Shown one piece after another: positions 8,449 through 14,616 of a stretch of DNA of 14,616 nt. The stretch lies in NCBI GenBank assembly GCA_038042445.1, contig JBBTED010000110.1:1-14616 (forward strand), written 5' to 3'. Each line of letters begins with the position of its first letter. The stretch's first letter is position 1. The position numbers and the translations under genes are program-made. Below the pieces are notes generated by a model that searched no databases, was not told where the DNA came from, and was given only the letters and a program-made list of their open reading frames with translations. This DNA comes from Candidatus Firestoneibacteriota bacterium. GTDB lineage: Bacteria > Oederibacteriota > D2-FULL-39-29 > JBBTED01.

Positions 8449-8470
8449 GTAGTGGCAGAGCTTGCTCTGC
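8449..8470 (+). repeat. GTAG-type REP-like palindrome
   Basis: GTAG-TG-GCAGAGC-TT-GCTCTGC; same stem sequence as the element at 2581-2597. Confidence 0.75.
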
Positions 8471-8524
8471 TGTAGTTGTCCATCTATGCGGATTAAATGT
8501 AGTAGAAAAAGGGGAGGAGAAATT

Positions 8525-9181
8525 ATTAAAAAACAAACTATAATTATTGTCTTAGTACTTTGTTTAATTGAGGCAGTAGTTTTTGCACATGACGGACATA
8601 AAAAGTTGCCAGATAGTGCTACTGTAATACAGCAACAGGATACTTTAGTCCATAAAGCGGATAACAGGGATGCTTACATAGAATATCAGAATCAAAGTGA
8701 ATATCACCCCGAGGAGAAAGTCACTGCTGAGTTACAGGATTTTCCGAATTTACATCCGCTGATTGTCCACTTCCCTATTGTATTGCTGATCATTGCAGCT
8801 TTTTTGGCTACAATGAATATTCTTTTTATGAAAAAAGAGATTGACTGGATTGTGACCATTACTGTTTTGATTGGGTTTGTGGGAGCGTATATAGCAGGTA
8901 AGTGGCTCCATCCTCATACACAGGGTATATCGGATCATGCAAAATTGGTGTTGGAGCAACATGATTTTTGGGCAAATTGGACGATTTATCTGAGTTTTGT
9001 TGCTTTAATTGAACAGCTTATTAGTCATTTTTTGCTAAAACAAAAGCGATGGATGATAGTGGTGGTAGCACTTACACTAATAAGTTCTGCTTATGTCATT
9101 AGTCGAACAGGACATTATGGTGCGCAGTTGGTACATATTGAAGGTATTGGTCCACAAGGTAAATATTTGCTTGGAGACTGA
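8525..9181 (+). CDS. DUF2231-like His-containing membrane protein with signal peptide
   Basis: HPLIVHFPIVLL motif, about four TM segments, conserved-looking His residues, GHYGAQLV...GIG C-terminus. Start placed at ATT 8525 behind GGAGG (8513-8517); alternatives are TTG 8462 and ATG 8486. Confidence 0.8.
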   Translation: MKKQTIIIVLVLCLIEAVVFAHDGHKKLPDSATVIQQQDTLVHKADNRDAYIEYQNQSEYHPEEKVTAELQDFPNLHPLIVHFPIVLLIIAAFLATMNILFMKKEIDWIVTITVLIGFVGAYIAGKWLHPHTQGISDHAKLVLEQHDFWANWTIYLSFVALIEQLISHFLLKQKRWMIVVVALTLISSAYVISRTGHYGAQLVHIEGIGPQGKYLLGD

Positions 9182-9204
9182 AAATAGAAAGGAGGGGAAT
9201 GATT

Positions 9205-9618
9205 ATGAATAGTAAAATTGTAGTATTAGTAGCTGTTTGTTTTATTGCTACAGGCAGTTTGGCAATAGCAATGGATAAGGCTGATTCTAGTCCAATGGGT
9301 GTAGGTCAAAAAGCAAGTGCTGCAAAAGATTCACAAACGGAAGTATGGGTTTGTCCTATGAAGCATTATGAGGGACCAAATACCAAAGATGGCAAATGTC
9401 CAAAATGTGGAATGAAGTTAGAGAAGAAAGCTATTTCAAAAGAAGAAAAATTTATATGTCCTGTTAGTGATGAAAAAGCATATAAAAAATATTCTTTGGA
9501 ATATAAAGGTAAAACATATTATTTCTGCTGTTCAAAGTGTATTACTAAATTTAAGGCAAATCCAGAAAAATATCTTAAAGGTGAAGTAAAAGAAGAGAAA
9601 CATCACCATAGTCATTAA
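9205..9618 (+). CDS. Secreted HMBD + YHS/TRASH domain protein with His tail (copy 1)
   Basis: Signal peptide; WVCPMKHY...GKCPKCGMKL; ICPVS...EYKGKTYYFCCSKCITKFKANPEKY; HHHSH tail; GGAGG SD. Start 9205 matches the paralog (track start 9199). Confidence 0.85.
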   Translation: MNSKIVVLVAVCFIATGSLAIAMDKADSSPMGVGQKASAAKDSQTEVWVCPMKHYEGPNTKDGKCPKCGMKLEKKAISKEEKFICPVSDEKAYKKYSLEYKGKTYYFCCSKCITKFKANPEKYLKGEVKEEKHHHSH

Positions 9619-9621
9619 GTA

Positions 9622-9666
9622 AACCCCCAGTTGCCCTCTGCTTAGACGGAGGGACTAAGGGGGATT
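9622..9666. repeat. Degenerate CCCCCTTT/AAAGGGGG-family palindrome, possible terminator
   Basis: AACCCCC...CCCTC...GAGGGACTAAGGGGGATT followed by a T-run; shares GGGACTAAGGGGG with the 12775-12787 copy. Confidence 0.55.
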
Positions 9667-9704
9667 ATTTTTTTGAAAAAAATATAAAATTATTGAGGTG
9701 AAAT

Positions 9705-10013
9705 ATGAGTTGTATAAAACAGTTTTTTAAAATTACAATATTTTCTATTGTTACTATTTATTTGTCAGGTTGTGGGGCAATGATGGCTTCGCATGGTGGT
9801 ATGATGAACCATAGTAGTCATAAAGAAGATCAAAAGAAATCTGATAAGGAAGAGGTTAAGGAAGGTAAAGTTCTTAAAAATACTGAAGAGAAAGATTCTT
9901 CTACAAATGAGGAAAAAGTAATTTATAAATGTCCTATGGGTCATTATGAATCTGATAAGCCAGGAGATTGCCCTAAATGTGGAATGAAATTAGAAAGGAG
10001 TGATAAGAAATAA
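9705..10013 (+). CDS. Lipoprotein with Met/His-rich N-terminus and C-terminal HMBD
   Basis: Lipobox LSGC; GAMMASHGGMMNHSSH; charged linker; YKCPMGHYESDKPGDCPKCGMKLE; GAGGTG SD. Confidence 0.8.
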   Translation: MSCIKQFFKITIFSIVTIYLSGCGAMMASHGGMMNHSSHKEDQKKSDKEEVKEGKVLKNTEEKDSSTNEEKVIYKCPMGHYESDKPGDCPKCGMKLERSDKK

Positions 10014-10035
10014 TAATCGGATTATTATTTCTTAT
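10003..10035 (+). terminator. Perfect 15-bp AT-rich hairpin over the stop codon; possible terminator or processing site
   Basis: ATAAGAAATAATAAT-CGG-ATTATTATTTCTTAT. Structure is seen directly; function is uncertain. Confidence 0.4.
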
Positions 10036-10094
10036 TTCTTAAGATTTACTTATAAATGCCGAGTTGTTACATTGGATAAAGGAGGTGTAACAAT

Positions 10095-11093
10095 ATGCCA
10101 GAAATAAGACAGAATGTAGCTACAAAAGATTGGGTAATAATTGCGACTGAAAGGGCAAAGAGACCAGAAGAATTTGTGAGGGAAAAGAAAGAGCCCAAAA
10201 ATATTCCAAGTTTAGTTTCAACATGTCCATTTTGTCCTGGAAATGAGGATAAAACTCCAAAAGAAATTTTTGCGATAGGAGACAAGGATAAATGGCAGGT
10301 GCGAGTTGTCGGAAATAAGTTTGCTGCTCTATTTTCCACTATTCCACTTCAAAGAAAGATAAAGGGAATAGAACGATGTATTAGCGGGTTTGGTGTTCAT
10401 GAAGTAATTATAGAAACTCCACGACATGATATGACTACTGCATTACTATCTTACGAAGCTGTTAAGCAGATAATCGTGGCATATAAAACAAGATACAATA
10501 CAATTGCTGAAAATTCTAATATTGAGCTTATAACCATATTTAAAAATCATGGATTAGCTGCGGGTACTTCTATTGCACATCCGCATTCTCAACTTGTGGC
10601 GACTCCGGTTGTTCCATCACATATAAGGTATAGAGTTAATGAAGCGATGAGGTATTTTGATGATAATGGCGAATGTATATTTTGCAAAATGATTAGAGAT
10701 GAACTTGGCGAAAAGGAAAGAATTATAATTGACAGCGAATATTTTGTAACATTTATTCCTTATGCGGCACTTTCACCATTTCATACCTGGATTATGCCAA
10801 AAAGACATATGTCATCATTTGGTGATATATCTCAAGCGGAAGTAGAAGACCTTGCAAAAAGTTTGAAAGAATTATTGTTAAGAATTTATCAAGGTCTTGA
10901 TAATCCTGATTTTAATTATGTAATTCGTTCAATACCTACTTCAGAATGTAAGACTGATTATTTTCATTGGTATTTAAGTTTGATTCCAAGAATTACAAAA
11001 ACTGCAGGCTTTGAATTAGGTTCAGGAATGTTTATAAATATTGCACTTCCTGAGGAAAGCGCCAAATTTATCCGTGAAATATCGGTGAAATAA
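10095..11093 (+). CDS. galT: GalT-family (HIT superfamily) nucleotidyltransferase; galactose-1-phosphate uridylyltransferase-like
   Basis: WVIIATERAKRP, CPFCPGNE, FGVHEVIIETP, FKNHG..AGTSIAHPHSQ catalytic motif, CIFC, AGFELGSGMFIN; AAAGGAGGT SD. Substrate not established. Confidence 0.9.
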   Translation: MPEIRQNVATKDWVIIATERAKRPEEFVREKKEPKNIPSLVSTCPFCPGNEDKTPKEIFAIGDKDKWQVRVVGNKFAALFSTIPLQRKIKGIERCISGFGVHEVIIETPRHDMTTALLSYEAVKQIIVAYKTRYNTIAENSNIELITIFKNHGLAAGTSIAHPHSQLVATPVVPSHIRYRVNEAMRYFDDNGECIFCKMIRDELGEKERIIIDSEYFVTFIPYAALSPFHTWIMPKRHMSSFGDISQAEVEDLAKSLKELLLRIYQGLDNPDFNYVIRSIPTSECKTDYFHWYLSLIPRITKTAGFELGSGMFINIALPEESAKFIREISVK

Positions 11094-11132
11094 AAAAAGG
11101 AGATTATTTAAATATGAAAGGGGGGAATAGAT

Positions 11133-11618
11133 ATGAATAGTAAAATTGCAGTATTGGTAGCTGTTTGTTTTATTGCTACAGGTAGTTTTGCAATGGCAAT
11201 GGATAAGGTTGATAAAGTTGATTCCGGAAAATGCGATATGTGTGATATGGCAATGGATGAAGCTGATTCTTGTCCAATGTTAATGGCTTCAGATCACAAA
11301 ACAAGTGATGCAAAAGATTCACAAGCAGATGTATGGGTTTGTTCTATGAAGGATTATGAAGGACCGAATACAAAAGATGGGAAATGCCCAAAGTGTGGTA
11401 TGAAGCTTGTGAAAAAAGCTGTTTCAAAAGGCGAAAAACTTGTATGCCCTGTTACTGGTGAAAAAGCAAATAAAAAATATTCTTTAGAATATAAAGGAAA
11501 AACATATTACTTTTGCTGTGATGATTGTATTGGAAAATTTAAATCAAATTCAGAAAAATATCTGAAAGGTGAAAAAAAAGAAGAGAAAAAGGAAGAAAAA
11601 CATCAACATAGTCATTAA
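11133..11618 (+). CDS. Secreted HMBD + YHS/TRASH domain protein with His tail (copy 2, extra Cys/Met-rich segment)
   Basis: Close paralog of 9205-9618 over its whole length; extra KCDMCDMAMD; VCPVTG...YYFCCDDC; HQHSH tail. Confidence 0.85.
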   Translation: MNSKIAVLVAVCFIATGSFAMAMDKVDKVDSGKCDMCDMAMDEADSCPMLMASDHKTSDAKDSQADVWVCSMKDYEGPNTKDGKCPKCGMKLVKKAVSKGEKLVCPVTGEKANKKYSLEYKGKTYYFCCDDCIGKFKSNSEKYLKGEKKEEKKEEKHQHSH

Positions 11619-11621
11619 GTA

Positions 11622-11664
11622 AAATTCCCATTAGTCCCCCTTTAATAAAGGGGGTGTGGGGATT
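11622..11664. repeat. CCCCCTTT/AAAGGGGG-family palindrome
   Basis: CCCCCTTT-AAT-AAAGGGGG core (11636-11654) with TCCCA/TGGGGA outer arms. Confidence 0.75.
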
Positions 11665-11686
11665 ATTTTCAAAGGAGTGATAAAAA

Positions 11687-12709
11687 ATAATAGCCGGGTT
11701 ATTTTTAATATTTTGTATTGTTTTAATTTTGCCATTTCTCATAAAGAAAGTAGAGCATAATCTTGAGATTTTCTTGTTTGTTATGGGAATATTGGCAGTC
11801 ACAATTTCAGGTTTATGGAGTTTTCATCTTATTGAAGAAGCGTTTGTTGAACCTGTAAAGATAACTGTTGCCGTTGGTGTTGCAGGTTTGATTTTTAAAA
11901 AATTTCAAAACAAGATAAGAAATAAAATTACAATGATTGCTGATAAAATGGGACATAAGTTGTTTTTGTTTTGTCTTGTAGTTATTTTGGGATTAGCTTC
12001 AAGTGTAATTACTGCAATTATTGCATCATTGGTTTTAGTCGAAATAATAACAGGTTTAAAATATGAAAAGAAAGTTGAAACAAATATAGTAATTATTACG
12101 TGTTTTGCAATTGGCCTTGGTGCAGCGCTAACTCCAATAGGCGAACCTTTGTCTACAATTGCGATTGCTAAATTACGTTATCCACCACATAATGCAGATT
12201 TTTGGTATCTTGCGAAATTACTATGGGCATATATCATTCCGGAAATTTTAATCCTTGGTTTGATTGCTTCATATTTTCATACTAAAACTGATAAGGCACA
12301 TACTTTAAGTGAAGATAAACAGGAGAATGTCCAAGATATATTACTGCGGACAGGGAAAGTATATTTATTTGTAATGGCATTAATATTTTTGGGCACAGGA
12401 TTCCAACCGATAATTGACCAGTATATATCTAAATTATCATCTGCTGCTTTATACTGGATAAATATCAGTTCTGCTATTCTTGATAATGCGACTCTTACTG
12501 CTGCTGAAATCACTCATAATATGACTACATCACAGATAAAGGCTATTTTACTCGGTCTTTTAGTTGCAGGTGGAATGTTAATTCCAGGTAATATTCCAAA
12601 TATAATTTCAGCAGGAAAATTAAAAATTTCAAGCAAAAATTGGGCAAAATTGGGTGTTCCATTAGGTCTTATAATAATGCTCGTAAATTTTCTAATATTA
12701 TTTCTATAA
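11687..12709 (+). CDS. DUF1646-like multi-pass membrane protein (putative cation transporter)
   Basis: LPF...KVEHNLEIFLFVMG, GLGAALTPIGEPLSTI, SAILDNATLTAAEI and GGMLIPGNIPNIISAGKL motifs. Start placed at ATA 11687 behind AGGAGTGA; the track start TTG 11729 truncates TM1. Confidence 0.85.
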   Translation: MIAGLFLIFCIVLILPFLIKKVEHNLEIFLFVMGILAVTISGLWSFHLIEEAFVEPVKITVAVGVAGLIFKKFQNKIRNKITMIADKMGHKLFLFCLVVILGLASSVITAIIASLVLVEIITGLKYEKKVETNIVIITCFAIGLGAALTPIGEPLSTIAIAKLRYPPHNADFWYLAKLLWAYIIPEILILGLIASYFHTKTDKAHTLSEDKQENVQDILLRTGKVYLFVMALIFLGTGFQPIIDQYISKLSSAALYWINISSAILDNATLTAAEITHNMTTSQIKAILLGLLVAGGMLIPGNIPNIISAGKLKISSKNWAKLGVPLGLIIMLVNFLILFL

Positions 12710-12791
12710 ATTCCCCCTACCCCTTTAATAAAGTGGGCAACATGGTATTTGGTATTTACCCCCTTTATTAAAGGGGGACTAAGGGGGAATT
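12709..12791. repeat. Composite CCCCCTTT/AAAGGGGG-family palindrome, likely also a terminator
   Basis: Outer inverted repeat AATTCCCCCT (12709-12718)/AGGGGGAATT (12782-12791) enclosing two CCC(CC)TTT..AAAG(G/T)GGG hairpins; followed by a T-run. Confidence 0.75.
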
Positions 12792-12806
12792 TTTTATTAA
12801 AACAAT

Positions 12807-12835
12807 TTGACATCAATTGTATTTTTTGTTATATT
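12807..12835 (+). promoter_or_regulatory. sigma70 promoter of the ECF nickel/cobalt transporter operon
   Basis: TTGACA (12807-12812), 17 nt, TATATT (12830-12835) with extended -10 TG at 12827-12828. Confidence 0.8.
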
Positions 12836-12840
12836 CATCA

Positions 12841-12867
12841 GTAGCACGAATATTAAAATTGTAGCAC
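12841..12867. promoter_or_regulatory. Putative NikR operator
   Basis: GTAGCAC-N13(AT-rich)-GTAGCAC at the expected transcription start of a nikM-like gene; half-site and spacing resemble deltaproteobacterial NikR sites as I recall them. Confidence 0.7.
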
Positions 12868-12882
12868 TAAAGGATACAAATT

Positions 12883-13806
12883 ATGCATATACCTGATGGG
12901 TTTTTGTCAACGAATGTATGGGCCCTTGGCTGGTTAATTTCTATTGCTGGAATAAGTTATTGTTTAAAGAAAGCTTCTAAAATATTAAAAGACAGAATGA
13001 TACCTCTTATGGGTGTTATGGCAAGTTTTATTTTTGTTGCACAGATGATAAATTTTCCGATTTTTGGAGGAACCTCAGGCCATTTACTTGGCGCTGTTTT
13101 GGCAACAGTTTTACTTGGTCCTTCTGCTGGTGCAGTTGTAATAACTGTAGTTTTAATTACCCAATGTTTTATTTTTCAGGATGGAGGATTAATTGCTTTG
13201 GGTGTGAATATATTTAATATGGCGATTGTAGGTTGTTTTATAGGATATTTTATATATAATATTTTTAGGAAAGTCATAAAAAACAGTAGAGGTATTTTAA
13301 TTGGTGTTTTTCTTGCTTCATGGTTTTCTGTTGTTTTTTCTTCAAGTTTTTGTGCTATTGAATTAGCAATTTCAGGAGTTTCACCATTTAATATAGTTTT
13401 TCCAGCAATGTCTTTTGTCCATATTTTTATAGGATTAGGCGAAGCGATAATTACAAGTTTTGTTGTTAGTTTTGTATTAAAAGTTAGACCAGATTTAATA
13501 TATAAATCGGACAAAAAAAATACTATAAATAGAAATGATATTATTTTGATTTTAACTATGGCAATTCTTATAGCAGTTTTTATAGCGCCTTTTGCATCTC
13601 AATTGCCAGATGGTTTAGAAAAAGTGGCTATAGATAAAGGTTTTCTTGAAAAAAGTAAAACAGTGTTAAACACAATTATTCCGGATTATATATTTCCAGG
13701 ATTTAAAAATGAGAAATTGGCTGTTGGTATTGCAGGTTTAACTGGATCCTTAGTTTTGTTTGGTGTAGGATATGGTTTATCAAAATGTATTAAAAAAAAT
13801 AAATAA
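12883..13806 (+). CDS. nikMN: ECF transporter substrate component NikM/CbiM fused to a PDGLE (NikN) domain
   Basis: N-terminal MHIPDGFL metal-binding motif, GGTSGHLLG, FQDGGLIALGVNIFNM, IGLGEAIIT; C-terminal ASQLPDGLEKVA...IPDY. Confidence 0.9.
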   Translation: MHIPDGFLSTNVWALGWLISIAGISYCLKKASKILKDRMIPLMGVMASFIFVAQMINFPIFGGTSGHLLGAVLATVLLGPSAGAVVITVVLITQCFIFQDGGLIALGVNIFNMAIVGCFIGYFIYNIFRKVIKNSRGILIGVFLASWFSVVFSSSFCAIELAISGVSPFNIVFPAMSFVHIFIGLGEAIITSFVVSFVLKVRPDLIYKSDKKNTINRNDIILILTMAILIAVFIAPFASQLPDGLEKVAIDKGFLEKSKTVLNTIIPDYIFPGFKNEKLAVGIAGLTGSLVLFGVGYGLSKCIKKNK

Positions 13807-13807
13807 T

Positions 13808-13826
13808 TCATTTTCCGCGGGAATGA
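13808..13826. repeat. Short TCATT...GCGGGAATGA palindrome (possible remnant of GTCATTC-type element)
   Basis: TCATTTTCCGCGGGAATGA, an imperfect hairpin with the same terminal TCATT/AATGA as 5024-5089. Confidence 0.4.
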
Positions 13827-13839
13827 TATACAAAGGGGT

Positions 13840-14568
13840 TTGCAAGTGAAACATTTTTATATAGATAAATACAGTAATTTAAATAGTTTAATTCACAGAC
13901 TTGATCCAAAAATTAAAATTGTTATTTTTATTAGTTTTATTTTGTTTGTGATTTTTACCAGACCTGATGCATTTGTTATTTTTGTTTTGTATGCAAGCAT
14001 TATTATTGCATTGATTTTATTGTCAAAAATTCCTTTACTATTTGTGCTGAATAGATCTTTGGTAGTTATTCCATTTGTTTTATTTATAACTATTTTCATT
14101 CCTTTTATGGAAAATGGTAATTTGTTGATTTTATGGAATGTTTTTGTTAAGGCATATTTATCTATCTTGTCTATGATATTACTTATTTCAAGCACAAAAT
14201 TTTCAGAACTTTTAAAGGCACTTGAAAAACTGAAAATCTCAAAACTGATAATAATGATTTTATCATTTATGTACCGTTATATCTTTGTGATAGAGGATGA
14301 ATTGCTAAAAATGAAGCAGGCAAAGGAGTCGCGCACTGTTAATAGTTCAAAATGGTTACAAATAAAACCTTTAGCGAATATGATTGGTGTTTTATTTGTA
14401 AGAGCTTATGAACGAGGAGAAAATGTGTATTTTGCAATGTCTTCAAGAGGGTTTACCGGTGATATAAACACAATAGAAAAAATTCAATTAAATAAAAGGG
14501 ACTTTTATTTTGCAATTACTGTTTTAGGGATATTATGCTTGATAAAAGTCATTGCAAGAAAAATCTGA
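13840..14568 (+). CDS. cbiQ: ECF transporter T component CbiQ/NikQ
   Basis: IHRLDPKIKI, FMYRYIFV, AKESR, LFVRAYERGENVYFAMSSRGF; TTG start behind AAAGGGG. Confidence 0.93.
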   Translation: MQVKHFYIDKYSNLNSLIHRLDPKIKIVIFISFILFVIFTRPDAFVIFVLYASIIIALILLSKIPLLFVLNRSLVVIPFVLFITIFIPFMENGNLLILWNVFVKAYLSILSMILLISSTKFSELLKALEKLKISKLIIMILSFMYRYIFVIEDELLKMKQAKESRTVNSSKWLQIKPLANMIGVLFVRAYERGENVYFAMSSRGFTGDINTIEKIQLNKRDFYFAITVLGILCLIKVIARKI

Positions 14569-14569
14569 T

Positions 14570-14597
14570 GTCTAAAGTCTATAGTCTATAGTTATAA
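14570..14597 (+). repeat. Short heptamer tandem repeat
   Basis: GTCTAAA GTCTATA GTCTATA GTTATAA filling the gap after cbiQ. Confidence 0.5.
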
Positions 14598-14598
14598 T

Positions 14599-14616
14599 AT
14601 GTCAAAACAAATAATT
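14599..14616 (+). CDS. Possible start of next gene (MSKQII...), expected to be the CbiO/NikO ATPase
   Basis: ATG with six open codons to the window edge; identity inferred only from usual M-N-Q-O gene order. Confidence 0.3.

Noticed and set aside
8462..8524. N-terminal extension MLCCSCPSMR... as a Cys metal motif
   Set aside because: Begins within a REP palindrome and translates through the apparent SD; most likely non-coding.
641..12791. Palindromic repeats as a CRISPR array or integron attC cassette array
   Set aside because: No regular repeat-spacer periodicity, no cas or integrase gene, no consistent RYYYAAC/GTTRRRY ends; the repeats belong to unrelated families and the genes form coherent operons.
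12709..12882. Cobalamin or NiCo riboswitch upstream of the cbiM-like gene
   Set aside because: No B12-box or NiCo motifs recognised; the structured part lies upstream of the promoter and belongs to a dispersed repeat family, and the leader is only about 40 nt.
741..14195. Minus-strand ORFs in the track (741-938, 2600-2887, 3946-4155, 5823-6020, 8750-8962, 10067-10339, 11539-11802, 12277-12513, 12514-12816, 13176-13514, 13893-14195)
   Set aside because: All overlap well-supported + strand genes or repeats, are short, and show no recognisable motifs; treated as shadow ORFs.
8410..14568. TGA recoding (selenocysteine or alternative genetic code)
   Set aside because: TGA stops at 8412, 9181 and 14568 fall at the expected C-termini of their families; no gene is interrupted by an internal TGA.

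Overview
AT-rich bacterial DNA from a diderm (it encodes a TolC-family protein), with all credible genes on the + strand. (1) It opens with the tail of a probable sulfur-assimilation operon: the C-terminus of a TusA-domain fusion protein and a NIL-domain protein. (2) An ECF sigma factor, a membrane anti-sigma candidate and a CnrX/ZraP-like periplasmic sensor precede a TolC/CusB/CusA Cu(I)/Ag(I)-type RND efflux system. (3) Accessory genes follow: a DUF2231-like membrane protein, two paralogous secreted HMBD+YHS proteins, an HMBD lipoprotein, a GalT-family nucleotidyltransferase and a DUF1646-like transporter. (4) It ends with a NikMN/NikQ (CbiMN/Q-like) ECF nickel importer, which has a near-consensus sigma70 promoter and a NikR-like operator. 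The most unusual signals are a CusB-like adaptor that seems to lack both halves of its lipoyl domain, Cnr-type regulation of a CusA-type pump with no CusF/CusRS in the window, three genes whose best starts are ATA/ATT, and three families of palindromic repeats in the intergenic gaps. All family calls come from motif recognition by eye, not database searches.
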